DNA of 64,000 nucleotides. Origin: Felis catus. Taxonomy: Eukaryota. The translations under genes and the position numbers were made by a program. Below are positions 34,087 to 47,335 of this stretch, in pieces (within the stretch, counting starts at the first letter, position 1; every line of letters starts with the position of its first letter). Where the stretch lies: NCBI RefSeq assembly GCF_018350175.1, contig NC_058368.1, positions 39,186,001-39,250,000 of the forward strand. The letters run 5' to 3'. The notes beneath the pieces were generated by a model. That model did not search any database. It saw only the letters and a program-made list of their open reading frames with translations, and was not told where the DNA came from.

Positions 34087-34792
34087 TGTTGGCTTTCTTT
34101 AGTGATATACTTGTATCCCTTTCTTTTTATTCTTTGCATATGTCACCCATGATTTTCTTCCCCCAATTCACAATCTCCCCAAATGTTCCTACCCCATTCA
34201 AATAAACATCCTCCTTTCCAAATCTGGTTATCAGTGACTTTTTTTCCCTCTGTTATACCATAGTCAATCCATTAGCAGTTCTTAACTGCTTTCAAATTTT
34301 ATCTTGTCAGACAGTTTCTTATCATTTCCATATTATTCCCAAGTTCAAACCATCATTGCTTACATCGAATCAATCTGTCATTATTCCTTTTTGACTTCAG
34401 CCTTCTATTACATATTCTCCAAAAAGAATAAAATTAAATCCCCCAATAAGATGCTTCTCAATCAAATCCTTTCAGCACCTTCTCAAAAATAATTTAGATA
34501 AAAATGAAAAGATCTTACTTACCTTGCAAAATTCTTCATGATAATATACCTGATTTCTTCTCTAATATGTTTCCTGTCAATGCTGCTTTTGCTCACTCTA
34601 CTCTAGCTAAAATAGTTACTATGTATTTTGACAAAACATTAATTAAGCATGCCCCATCCAGTCTTTTAGATTGTGCCTCGAATCTGTGCCTTCCCGTAAT
34701 TTTCGTAATCTCCTTCAAATTATTCATAAACCAAAAGATTACCTCTGTAAAGAAACCTTCCCTAACTAGTGTCTAAATGCCGTGCTCTACAC

Positions 34793-35009
34793 CAGGTGCC
34801 AGCAAACTTTCTCTTAAGAAGCCAGATAGTAAAGTAAATATACTAATCTCTAATGCATGTATCTATCACAACTACTTAAACGTAATCATTGTAGCATGAA
34901 AGCAGCCATAGGCAAGATGAAAATAAATGAGTATGTCTGTGTTACAGTACAATATTATTTACAAAAACAGGCAGCTGGCTCGTGGAGTGACAACTTTTCT
35001 ACATCCTTG
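34793..35009 (+). mobile_element. MER58A-like hAT MITE
   Basis: CAGGTGCCAGCAAACTTT...GCCAGATAGTAAA...TGTAGCATGAAAGCAGCCATAG...TTATTTACAAAAACAGGC. Confidence 0.8.
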
Positions 35010-35039
35010 GCATATACTTTATTGTCTTTCCACAATTTA

Positions 35040-35220
35040 TCTACCTAGCCTTGCATTATATGTTTATAGTGTTTTGGTTTACTGCCTGATTTTCTATTGG
35101 ATAGAAGCCCCTGAGGGAAGGTGATTTCTCAGTTTTGTTAATTGCTCTGTCATACACATGTAAAACAAGGCCTCAAACATTATGAAACTTCAATAAATAT
35201 TGGCTGAATAAACAAATGTA
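35040..35220 (+). mobile_element. L2 3' end
   Basis: AAGCCCCTGAGGGAAGG...TCAATAAATATTGGCTGAATAAA. Confidence 0.65.
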
Positions 35221-35766
35221 TACCTGAGAGAATCAATTGAATATTTAACCCAAATGTGAAGAACCTAATCAATCTTTTGGTTACCTTAGACACTACTGTG
35301 TTTTGCAGTCACTCTCCAGCAATCTTAATGAAGGAAGCTGCTAGTTTTTAGAAATTGTTGCTTTTTTTTTAATCCATATTTTGGATACTCCAGATATTCC
35401 AATCTGTTGGAATGATACTCCCTGTTTCTTTCTTGGTACAACAGTTGTTTTCTGTATATAAATAACTCTGTCTATTCAGTTACTCTACCGCAGTAAACAA
35501 TAAGGTCCTTTCTTAGACACTATAAAGCTAAGAGAAGATGTGCTAAATTATCAACCTATGTATTTTGGATGGATGATATGCAAATAGCCAATTTTAAAAT
35601 AATGTGATATATATTCAGCAGTGTGATTGACAGATCATATGTTAGTTCTATTTGTTTATTTTTTGATGAGCTTCCATGTTATTTTCCATAGCTGGTGCAC
35701 CATTATTACATTCTCACAACAGTGTATAAGGGTTCCAGTTTCTCTAATACCTTACCAGTACTTTTT

Positions 35767-36483
35767 TTTTTTTTTTAATATGAAATTTATTGACAAATTA
35801 GTTTCCATACAACACCCAGTGCTCATCCCAAAAGGTGCCCTCCTCAACACCCATCACCCACCCTCTCCTCCCTCCCACCCCCCATCAACCCTCAGTTTGT
35901 TCTCAGTTTTTAAGAGTCTCTTATACTTTGGCTCTCTCCCACTCTAACCTGTTTTTTTTTTTCCTTCCCCTCCCCCATGGGTTCCTGTTAAATTCTCAGG
36001 GTCCACATAAGAGTGAAACCATATGGTATCTGTCTTTCTCTGTATGGCTTATTTCACTTAGCATCACACTCTCCAGTTCCATCCACGTTGCTACAAAAGG
36101 CCATATTTCATTTTTTCTCATTGCCACGTAATATTCCATTGTGTATATAAACCACAATTTCTTTATCCATTCATCAGTTGATGGACATTTAGGCTCTTTC
36201 CATAATTTGGCTATTGTTGAGAGTGCTGCTATGAACATTGGGGTACAAGTGGCCCTATGCATCAGTACTCCTGTATCCCTTGGATAAATTCCTAGCAGTG
36301 CTATTGCTGGGTCATAGGGTAGGTCTATTTTTAATTTTCTGAGGAACCTCCACACTGCTTTCCAGAGCGGCTGCACCAATTTGCATTCCCACCAACAGTG
36401 CAAGAGGGTTCCCGTTTCTCCACATCCTCTCCAGCATCTAGAGTCTCCTGATTTGTTCATTTTGGCCACTCTGACTGGCGTGA
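35767..36483 (-). mobile_element. 5'-truncated young felid L1 nested in an older L1M
   Basis: Intact ORF2 C-terminus (ORF 35996-36469) plus 3' UTR and poly(T); perfect TSD ACCTTACCAGTACTTTTT at 35749-35766 and 36484-36501. Confidence 0.97.
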
Positions 36484-36659
36484 ACCTTACCAGTACTTTT
36501 TATCTTTTTTGATATAACAGGTGTGAGTTAACAATATGAAATTGTGAAATTCAAAATTTGTTATGTTAAGAGATGATGATACCATGATAATTAACATTTC
36601 ATAGTAGTAGTTATTCTTAGAATAAATACAGCTTCCATACAACTTCCATTGTATGCCTG

Positions 36660-37830
36660 ATTGCATTTGATTTATTCTTGCCACGTACATTTACTCTGTG
36701 TAAGCACTATGCTGGATATTAGGTGTGTGTGTAGGGAATCAAGGAATAGTATAAACTTGATCCCTATCTTCATAGAAGTTATAAATACGAAACCCATAAA
36801 TTGAATACCTAAATAGAATAATGAAGGTTATAAAAATAATTTTGGGTCACAGGGTAGTGAAATTTTAATCTACCTTGAGAAAACAGTGCTTAAACTGAAA
36901 TCTAAAGATTGAGTAGATTTAGTATTTAACAAAGGTTGTGAAAGGTATCTGACATGGGCAATAGAAACTATGTATGCAATTGCCCATCAGAGAGAAATGA
37001 AAGGATGAAGGATATTCCTTACTAATGTGGCTAGAACATGAGAAGTTAGTAGGTTAACTCAAATGCAATGCTGCCAATAGTGGATCCAGAGATGAAAAAA
37101 AAAATCCACATGAAGTTTCTGTTAGGACTTTTTTCCTAAAGAAAGGATAGCCAGTTATGTGTTTTGAAGTAAGAAATTATGAAATAAGAAATTAATAAGA
37201 TTTTAATTTACAAATAATTGTCTGAGTTCAGTGGGGGAGACTGTGCTTGAGGGGCAAGAGTAGATGTAGAAAGTCAAGTTAGTAAGTAACTATACTTGTG
37301 CAAGTGAGACATGATGATAATTTATACTATAAAGAGGCAGTTAAAGAAGATCTAAGGAGCACCCGAAGCACTTGAAGTAATATTAGAAATTGATTAGCCA
37401 CATGCACTTTGGAGACAGAGAAATTAGAGTTTAAATTTTGATTTTGTCACATATTAGGTATGTATGCTTTAACATATTTTTTACTAAAATATGAATTCTT
37501 CATTTTGAATTTATAGTAATAATAATAGTATTCACATCATAGGGTCATTGTGTGAATTAAATTAGTTAATGTTTAGAAAGTACTTCTTGGGAAGCATGTT
37601 ATATGAAGACAAGCTACAAATATGACTATTACAGTAATATAAATCATAGGACTTGATTAAACGGATGTGGGGTTTAGGAAGGGAGGGGAGTCAACTATGA
37701 CTCCAAACCTTCAAGACTGAGAGACTAAGTGAATGATGGAGCCATTTAATGAAGGTGAGAGTCAGGAGGAGAAAAATATGCCAGGGTTATTGAGGAGTAG
37801 GATGATTTCAGTTTTAGATAACAATGTCCA
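36660..37830 (-). mobile_element. L2 remnant with a probable nested MIR (about 37400-37620)
   Basis: ACATTTACTCTGTGTAAGCACTATGCTGGAT, CAAGTGAGACATGATGA, GGAGTCAACTATGACTCC; MIR CATAGGGTCATTGTGTGAATTAAAT. Confidence 0.55.
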
Positions 37831-39047
37831 TCTTCTAGACATTCTGTTAGGATTAAGTAAAAATAAAATGAAATATGTTTCATATAACAGAGCCTGCCAA
37901 GTATTAGATAATGTCTATATAATTATTTTATTCTGCTATATTTCTCCTTTTGTAAATACTTCTTTCATTCTTTTTATCAGGATACTCTACCAGCAATTGT
38001 CCCTCTCCCATACATCTTTAGCATATTTTTCTTCAGATACTCCTTCTCTTCCACCTATAAATTAAAAAAAAAGTGTCTCTCTGAAAACTTTGAATATTTC
38101 TCTCTTGATTATGATTTTCATGGGTTACAACCTGGCCTACACAAGGTTAAATTCTTCAGGTATGAAACAATTCTGTGAACTTCTATGACATTATTTCATT
38201 CATTATTTCTGTTTTTTTTAATTCAACCTAACAATTTTACAAGTTCACTTAATACTTATTACAATTAAATTTTACAAATTCAGCTACTATTTCATATTTA
38301 TTAATGTTTTAAAATTTTCAATTAATACTTATTTGTAAATATAATTAATACTAATCACTATATACCAAAATTAAAATTTTCTTAATATTGTAAGCTACTT
38401 CTCATAGTCCTCTGTGAAACTCTTTATTCACTCATTTATTCACATACACATGCATTTATCCACTCATATGTCTATTCCATACCAGTTGCTTTTGCTATGT
38501 TTTCAAAACACAGATTTATAAGATCATCACATAAATATGTATTAAGAACCTCCTTTGGATCAGATACTGTTTTAGGTGCTTAGAATAGTTGGGTACACCA
38601 ATACCTAATGCAGTAGAGTTTACATTTTATTGTAGGGAGGCTGAACCAAACCACAAGTAATAGATTCAACTTTATTTTTAAGGTCTGAATGCTATAGAAA
38701 TAATAGCAGTGAAAAAAGTGTCAGAAATGTGTAGATACAGAGCTAGTAAAGTTAGTTGCAATTTAAAAGTGAACCCAAGATAGCCCTCGTTAATTTAACA
38801 TTTAAGCAAAGACTAGAAAGATGTAAGGGGTTTAACCTTGTGGCTATCTAAAGAAAGATCATTCTAGACAGAGTAGACATCCAATGCAAAATCTCTAAGG
38901 AGAAACAGTAAGGGGACAAGTGTGACTGGAGCAGGAGAGAGGTAGCAGAGAATCAAGTTCCACAGGGCCTTGTAAAATACTTAGGTGGCTGTGGCATTTA
39001 GCCACATGAGTTAATGGAGAGTGGGGAATTTAGTTTTTAGTGAACTT

Positions 39048-39262
39048 TAGAGATCAGCAAAATTTTTCTGTGAAAAGCACAACAGTAAATATTTTTTGGC
39101 ACTTACAAGCTATACAGTCTCTGTCATAACTGTTCATCTCTTCAAGTGTAGTACAAAAAGAGTCATAGGCAATGTAGTAAGTGAATTGGCATGTCTGTGC
39201 TCCTATAAAACTTTATTTGCAGAACAAACATTAAGGGTGGTGGGCCAGTTTGGCCAACCCGT
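39048..39262 (+). mobile_element. MER58A-like hAT MITE
   Basis: CAGCAAAATTTTTCTGTGAAA...AGTAAATATTTT...ATAAAACTTTATTTGCA...TTGGCCAACCC. Confidence 0.75.
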
Positions 39263-39852
39263 ACCCATGGCATGAAGACACAGTGTGATCACACTTTTAT
39301 GTTTACTAGATCACTCTTAGTGTAACGTTGAGAGAAGTTCCTGGTGGGGCGGGGCGGGGGGGGGGAAGGGTATGAGTGGAAACAGGAAGCCCAGTGGAAG
39401 CACTCTGTATAATCAAGGTGAGATGATGTGGAAGCAGTATTGGTGGTAGGAAGCTCCTGAATTCTGCATATATTTTAAAGATAAAATGCACGGAAATTCT
39501 TGATGTAGACTGTGTGTGTGTGCACGTGCGTGTATGTGCATGTGCGTGCATTTGCAGGGCACAGGGAAGGAGGGAGATGGAGAGGAGAGAGAGAGGGAGA
39601 AGAGTCAGTGAAGTTGTTAAGATTGGTCCTTGTTACTGGAAATTCAGAAATGCCATCGATGAGGTGGGGAGGAAACTGGTTAGAGGAATTTGAGGGGTAA
39701 AATTTAGAAGTTAACCTTTGGATGTTTTTACTTTCAGATGTTATTAGATATTCAAGTGTGAGGTCAAGTAAGCATTTAGAATTAAAACCTGGGATACAGA
39801 ACAAAACCTGATCTGAAAACAGAGACAGGGTTATTTTCAAAGGCACAGAACT

Positions 39853-40068
39853 GGGATACCTGGGTGGCTCAGTCAGTTAAGCTCTTGACTCTTGGTTTCG
39901 GCTCAGGTCATGAACTCATGGCTTCTTGAGTTCGAGCCCCATGTGGAGCTCTACTCTGGTAGCACAAAGCCTGCTTGGGATTCTGTCTCTCCCTCTCTCT
40001 CTGCTTCTCCCCACCCCTTGCATTGTGTCTGTCTCTCTCAAAATAAATAAGTAAACTTAAAAAAAAAT
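39853..40068 (+). mobile_element. Carnivore SINE
   Basis: Canonical head and tail; imperfect TSD AAAGGCACAGAA / AAAGCTACAGAA. Confidence 0.94.
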
Positions 40069-40405
40069 AAAGCTACAGAATATGATCACATGAACAATGA
40101 AAAAGCATACAGAAAAAAAATGGAGCTAAGAGTAATGATGGTGACATCCCAACAGAAAGGAAAAGGAAAAGAGGGGAACTAACACAGACGCTTAGTAGGA
40201 GAGGCTGGTTATATAAGAAGACAACTAAAATGAGGCTTTAACAATGCTAGGTAAAGAAAGTGTTTAAATGAGTTAAATGTTTGTAGTATGTTAAATGAGA
40301 TAGACTGATTTTTCACCACTAGACTAACAAATGTGGAGATCATTGCTGGCCTTCATGAAAACAGTTCTCTTAGAGTGATGGTTACCAAGGTCTGTCTGGA
40401 AAAGA

Positions 40406-40605
40406 TTTAATTATTTAAATATTTATTTATGTTACATGAGCATGAGCAGGGAAGGGGCGGAGAGAGGGAGACAGAGCATGCAAAGCAGGTTCCATGCTGT
40501 CAGCGCAGAGCCCAATGCAAGGCTCGGATTCACGAACTGTAAGATCATGACCTGAGCCGAAATCAGGAGTTAGGTGCTTAACCAACTGAGCAATCCAGGC
40601 GCCCC
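40406..40605 (-). mobile_element. Carnivore SINE
   Basis: Antisense SINE ending CCAGGCGCCCC. Confidence 0.92.
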
Positions 40606-41916
40606 TGGAGTCAATTTAAGTAAGAAATGGATGAGTGAAATTGGAGACAAAATATAGAAAATTTTTTTCAGAACTTTTGTGGCAAAGGAGAAATGTGGAT
40701 TCAAACTTTAACTAGCAGGGAAAGTTTGGTCAGACAAGATTGTAGACTGTTCTCATTTAAGTGGGAGAAATAAAAACATGTTTTAGTGTCAGTGAAAATT
40801 GTCAAGCGAGAAAATGATGCTCTGAGAGAAGGAAGAATTGCCGGAACCATGTCTTTCAGAATACATAAGAGCAGGTAAAATGTAGCGCAGGAGAGGAAGC
40901 ATTAGCTTTAGGTAAGAAGGTGGATTGTTCATTTATAGAAATAGGCAGTGAGGAAAAATAAACAATGGGAAATAGGAAAAGGAAAAGTTATATAAGAAAT
41001 GAGGCTTGAAAGCAGGAAGAACAAGTAGGTTTTTCATAACTTAGTGTTTCTGAAAAGCATAATGCACTCAAGTTGATAGTTCGCTCTTTCCATCAACAAA
41101 ACAATGTGCCACAAATGGGTTTAGAAAGCACACGGAACAGATGTCAAGAAACCTTTCATCATACAGAGACCAATAAACATCAGGAATGACCCACCAAGCA
41201 AACCGTGGGTGTGGAATCGTTGGAGCCCTCTGGGAAGTAATTTAGACTCATCTTTAGTGATCAAAAGTTTTATGAAGAAAGAAGTTTGATGAATTACATG
41301 GTATTTAGGTTTTTAACCTACATTTTCTCTGTTTTATATTTTTTCCCCATGGTTTTGTAGGAAGATGCGTGTCTTCCATCTGTTATTTACCATTTTAGGT
41401 ACTGTATACTAAACTGCAGAAATCAGTCCGAAAATTCAAGAAACATCTTCCCTGTCTAGCAGTGGAGAATTTTTCAATATAACCGTTTACAGTCTAGTGA
41501 ACCTATAGTCTGCAAACACTTCATTTAAAAATAATAATAAATTGAGGCAAAATGTTTTTCTAGGTTGACCTGGAACAAAGACTCATTTACTTTAAAGAAC
41601 CTTTGACCGTTTCAGTAGATATGTACAGAAATATTTTTAATTAAGTCTGATTCAGAAACCCTGTGAATCTCAGTATCTCACATTTGCATTTATTTCTCTC
41701 TATGAAATTAGAAGAAAACATAACAGGGCAAATAATGTGGAGACTAAGAAATTATTGTTATTGACAGCTTGCTAGTATGTATTACTTCTTTTTTTCATTT
41801 TTTCACAATGCTATTTTTATTGTGTTAAGTACTATTTCTGTGTCATCACATAAAATCATTATAAAATTGTTTATAAAATTGTAAAAGTTGTCAGGTGATT
41901 TAAAATGTATATAACA

Positions 41917-42142
41917 GGGGCGCCTGGGTGGCTCAGTCGGTTAAGCGGCCGACTTCGGTTCAGGTCATGATCTCGTGGTCCGTGAGTTCGAGCCCCGCGT
42001 CGGGCTCTGTGCTGACAGCTCAGAGCCTGGAGCCTGTTTCAGATTCTGTGTCTCCCTCTCTCTGACAGCCCCTGTTCATGCTCTGTCTCTCCCTGTCTCA
42101 AAAATAAATAAAACGTTAAAAAAATTTAAAAAAATAATAAAA
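41917..42142 (+). mobile_element. Young felid SINE
   Basis: TSD TAAAATGTATATAACA (41901-41916, 42143-42158). Confidence 0.98.
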
Positions 42143-43027
42143 TAAAATGTATATAACAAAGGGTGGCGTTTTACATTATAATGACTAACGAAAGATATAG
42201 TCATGCATTTCTTTTGTGTGTACTATTTGTCAGTTTTTTCTATGAAAATCAGAGGAAGTGTATTTGAGATGATTAATGCTTAAATGTAGGAAGGATATGT
42301 TAGAAGGTATTAATAATTATTTATAAGTATATTAGGTATTAAATGGAGAGCAAAACTTTATATTGATTTGATAGTTACCAACCACATTTAGTTACTCAGT
42401 TCAAGTGCAATTTTATTTATCCCATTATGAGACCACAATCTGGCAGGCTCAGCAAGCTTCACCTACATGACTACCTGATTAAAAAATTGAATTGATCAAC
42501 AAAATGTATTAATTATGTGCTTCAGCAAATTACAGTGCCTTCATTAGTGCCCATCTGATCCAACTGAATAAAAAATGCATACTTTTCAAAATACAAATTT
42601 AAAACTTTTTTTTAATACTTCACAGTTGCTATTTCAAATATTGTGTGTATGCCTTAGCATCTTTGCATAATAAGATGATATTTGGCACTTCTCTTTCTTC
42701 TTGTAATGAGTATTTAAGAGTGGTTATTATTTGGGCATTCATATTATTAATTTCATTTAACATCACAACCTACAATGTATATATCTTTTTATTTATATTT
42801 GCAGAAAAGGAGACTTACAGAATATATGTAATTGGTCCAAGGGCACACGACAGTCACTTTTAGAGAGTATGTTGTTACAGCAGATTCAGGAAAATGTTTC
42901 TCAAACTATCTATACAAATATTAGCTATAATTGTGTATCTTAGGAAACTGTTCTTTCAGTTCACTTTGAATTATTTCCTATAATTCTTACATCAGAGATT
43001 AGTGTTCCATGAAGAAGGTTGCTTATT

Positions 43028-43228
43028 GGAGCATCTGGGTGGCTCGTTCGGTTAAGTGGCCAACTCTTGATTTCAACTCAGGTCATGATCTCATGGTTTG
43101 TGAGTTTTAGCCCCACATTGGGCTCTGTGCTGACAGTGCAGACAGTATTCTCTCTCTCCCTCTCTCTCTGACCCTTCCTCTCTCTCTCTCTCATTCTCTT
43201 TCAAAATTAATAAATAAACATTTAAAAA
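43028..43228 (+). mobile_element. Carnivore SINE (older)
   Basis: GGAGCATCTGGGTGGCTC head, (CT)n, A tail. Confidence 0.92.
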
Positions 43229-43777
43229 ATCAGCTCTTAAAAATAAAGGCTGCACATTTTAGTCACTCTTTTAATAATTTATCTTCTGCTCTTTATCTCT
43301 CCAGTGACAATGGAGGATTCATTCTTTCTTGTATCCGAGGCAGATCCTTTCATTATGAAGATGCTGTCTTCTCTCCATCTTCTCAGTGACCTCAATATAA
43401 TTCACTTTCTTTTAAATCTTTCCTGAGTTTTATAAATCTTTCTACTGAAACATTTGACAGTATATTTAGGGATTCTCATCTCAGAACAAGCCAATAACCA
43501 TAGAAGCAACATTCCCTAGTTTGACTTCTATTACTACCTGATCTCTATTCATACATCTAAATGTAAGCTTCTAACAGGATTTTCCTGTAAATGTTGTATT
43601 CATTTACATATTTCCCATTCACATTTTCTTCTCATCTAGCCTCCCATCTAATCCTTCAAAGCCACTCATGCTATGATAGCTTTATGATGACTAACCAGTT
43701 ACCTCATCAGATGAATACTCCTCATTTCTCAAGATCTTTTATTTCAGCCACATTAAACCCAGTGCATCATTGCCATC

Positions 43778-45150
43778 TTTCAAAAACAACTTTATTGAAG
43801 TATAAATAACACACAATAAAATACACATTTTTAAATTACAGAATTTGGAAAGTTTTGGTATATGTAGTATGTATGCATGCAGAACATCACAGAAATCATG
43901 ATAATGCATATATCCATCATGTCTGTATGTTTTCCTCTCTGCCTTTATATTTCCTTCTTCCCATTCATTTTTCCTTGCACTAACACTCACACCTGCATTC
44001 CATCCCTAGGATAACAGTGATATGCTGTCACAATAGATTATTTTTTTAATTTTCTAGAGTAAGGTATACATAAAATTATACAGTATGTCTTTTTTGTATG
44101 GCTTCTTTCAGCACGATTATTTTGAGATTTTCCATGTGAAAATATATATCAATGTGTGAAATATATATCAATATTTCAATTTATTTCATTCTGAGTACTG
44201 TTCCATTATATAATGCCACTGTTTGTCAGTTTGCATGTTAATGGATATCTGAGTTATTTCCAGTTTTGAACTGTTACAAATAGGACTGCTGTAAACAGTT
44301 TTCTAATGTTTTTATATATTGGGGTGCCTGGGTTGCTCAGTGGGTTAAGTGTCTGACTCTTGATTTCTGCTCAGATCATGATCTCACAGTTCGTGAGTTT
44401 GAGCCCCACATCAGGCTCTGCACTGATGGTACCAAGCCTCCTTGGGATTCTGCCTCACCTTCTCTTTGCCCCTCCCCTGCTTCTGCTCTATATCTCAAAA
44501 TAAATAAACTTAAAAACTAAATTTAAAAAATTCAGTCTTTATATAGACCTATGCTTTTATTTCTCCTCAGGAAATACCAAAAGTGGAATGGCTTCCTCAT
44601 GTAGTAGTTGAATGTTTAACTTTATAATACACTGCCAAACTGTTTTCTAAATAAGCTGTAGTATTTTGCATTCCTATCAGCTGAGTATAAGAATTCCAGT
44701 TTCTTTACACCCTCACTACCACTTAGTGTGGTCAGTCTTCTTAATTAAAGTCCTTTTTATTGCATGTGTTATGGTATCTCATATGGTAGTATTAATTTAC
44801 ATTTCTGAAAGAATAATGATATGTATTTTTATATCTATAAGCTTATTTTCCATCTATATGCATTCTTTGATGGAGATTTTGTTCAAATATTGGACCGTTT
44901 TTAAATTTTCTTCTTTGTTTTCTTATTACTGAATTTTGAATATTTGTTACACATTTTTATTAGCTATATTAACTGCAAATACTTAACTCCCAGCCTGTAG
45001 TTGATCTTTTTATTACCTTACACTGTCATGAAGAGGAGTTTTTTCAAAACTTTATGAAATACAGTTTTTCAATTTGTTTTCTATAGATCACCCTTTCAGT
45101 GTTTTATCTATGAAATCTTTGCCTAATCCACAGTGACAAAGATTATCTCC
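43778..45150 (-). mobile_element. Ancient L1M 3' region (antisense)
   Basis: AACAACTTTATTGAAGTATAA, GAGTTATTTCCAGTTTTG, CACTGCCAAACTGTTTTC, GAAATCTTTGCCTAATCCA. Confidence 0.8.
44321..44530 (+). mobile_element. Carnivore SINE nested in L1M
   Basis: GGGGTGCCTGGGTTGCTCAG head, AATAAATAAA tail. Confidence 0.93.
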
Positions 45151-47090
45151 AGACTGCAAAAAATAGCATTGAAATTAAACCTGCAGTGACAGATACAATC
45201 CAATTTTAATCACACAAAGAAAAAAAAAGAGTAAAGAAAATAAACAGAACCTCAGTAATATTGGAATAGTCTAACATATGTGTGACTGAATTCAAAGTAG
45301 GGAAGAGACAGAAAGATGAAAGAACAGACGATAGTATTTACAGAAATGATTGCCAGAAATTTTCACACTTTGTTAAGAAGCATAACCCACAGATCACAAA
45401 GTTCAATGAATCACAACAAAAGATAAATAGGAAGAAATCAGTTCAAGGCACATGAGAAGAAAAAAAAAAAGGAAAAATATCAGCCTGTGTGTGGGGAAGA
45501 GAACCACTTTAGGTATAGAGGAATATAGGTATAGAGGTATAGAGGAACTGGAATCATCATGGATTTCTTTTAAGAGTGTAAATAAATGGAAGAGCATCCT
45601 TAAGTGTTTGAGAAGGAAAACTTTCAACTTAGCATTCTATGATTAGTAAAAGTAACTTTCAAAACAAAGACAATACATTTTAAACAAGCAAAAGCTGAGA
45701 GCATGAATTGCCAGATGTGCTATGGTAGAAATGTTAAACTGTTCACGCAGAAATAAATACTACCAGCAAAAAACTGAACTGTCACCAGAGAAGAATTTTT
45801 AAGTGCTGGAAGTGATAAATACGTGAGCAAAAAAAAATTTTTTTTTTCTTCACTCACTGTTCCTAAACAATAATTATTTGTAGCAAAATCAATAAGTATA
45901 TATTATGGGGTTTGAAATATGAAGGTAAAATGTACAACAGTAGCACAAAGGATTGGAAGAGAGAAATAAAATATGTTACTTTATCATGCTTGAATTGTAT
46001 ATGAAGTAGTTTTATATTATTTGAATATGGAATGCCATGTGTAATGTGTGTGTGTGTGTGTGTGTTTATAACCACCTCAAAAAATCAAAGAGATGTGGCC
46101 AATAAGACAATTGTGGGGATAAAAAAGAGATACAGAAATGAGTATTCTTAATTCATTTAAATTCTGGGAGGAAAAGAAGAAAAAGGTACAAATAGTGATG
46201 AAACAAAGTACAAATAAAATGATAGATATCAACCCAGCCACCTCACAATAAATATGAATGACCTAAACACTCTAAATAAAAGATAGAGATTTCCATAGTG
46301 TGTATACTCAAGAAAAAAATTACTGCTGTCTATTAAAAACAGTAAAGTAGGGGCGCCTGGGTGGCGCAGTCGGTTAAGCATCCGACTTCAGCCAGGTCAC
46401 GATCTCGCGGTCCGTGAGTTCGAGCCCCGCGTCAGGCTCTGGGCTGATGGCTCAGAGCCTGTTTCCGATTCTGTGTCTCCCTCTCTCTCTGCCCCTCCCC
46501 CGTTCATGCTCTGTCTCTCTCTGTCCCAAAAATAAATAAAAAATGTTGAAAAAAAATTTAAAAAAATAAATAAAAACAGGAAAGTAAAGTATGGAAAGAA
46601 GTATATTATTTAAAATCTAATCCTCCGAACAAGGAATGTTACCAGATATGCAAAGTGGCATTTCTTACTGATTTAGCAGTAAGAAATCTTACTGATTTCT
46701 TACTTTATTTAGCAGTAAAACATAGCAATTTTAAATGTGTATGTACTTAATAAGAAAGTAACAAAATGTATGGAATGATAACTCACAGAACATTAAAAGA
46801 AAAAATGAATTATAGTTTAAGATTTCTTCACAAATCTCTCAGAATGAATAAAGCAATAATCAGTAAGATATAGAAGACATTAATAATTGTCCATCAACAT
46901 GAGTAGATTAATATTTACAGAAAAATACACTCAAACTAAGAAGAGCCCCTGCTCTATTTTCAATTGCATATCATACTTTCACCAAGGTAGTTTCCATAAA
47001 AGAATTTTTAATAAATTAAAAATGATTGAAATCATATACAGTATGTTTGTTGACCACAGTGGAAAGAATCAAATTGAAATAATAATGATT
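45151..47090 (+). mobile_element. Ancient L1M ORF1 to ORF2-EN remnant (sense)
   Basis: AACAGAACCTCAG, CAGAAATTTTCACACTTTG, AATATGAATGACCTAAACACTC, GAAATCATATACAGTATGTTT..TGACCACAGTGGAA. Confidence 0.7.
46350..46571 (+). mobile_element. Young felid SINE
   Basis: TSD AAAAACAG(T/G)AAAGTA. Confidence 0.97.
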
Positions 47091-47335
47091 TAAAGTATAT
47101 ATTTGTCATTCAGATTTCTGGGATTAATTTTGTTTCTTGGATAATCCTATATAAATTAACATTGAAATATAAAAAATACATGATTACATTCAATTATATT
47201 GAAAAGTGAAAAAGTCTGAAACTCAGGAATTTTATTATGCATTATTAGAATTCACAAAAAAATATATCCCATAATACTAATTAAAATATAAAATGGTAAA
47301 TTGCATGTAATATGTTTTTTATATTCATGTCACCA

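Larger units (their letters stand above)
38520..40960 (-). mobile_element. L2 remnant interrupted by MER58A and two SINEs
   Basis: CAGATACTGTTTTAGGTGCT, GTGTGACTGGAGCAG, GGAGATCATTGCTGGCCTTCATGAAAACAGTT are typical antisense L2 segments. Confidence 0.55.

Noticed and set aside
43778..47090. Old L1M minus and plus pieces as a single twin-primed insertion
   Set aside because: The pieces are far apart on the L1 map (EN region versus late ORF2) and I could not find a TSD, so this cannot be separated from two insertions or a later rearrangement
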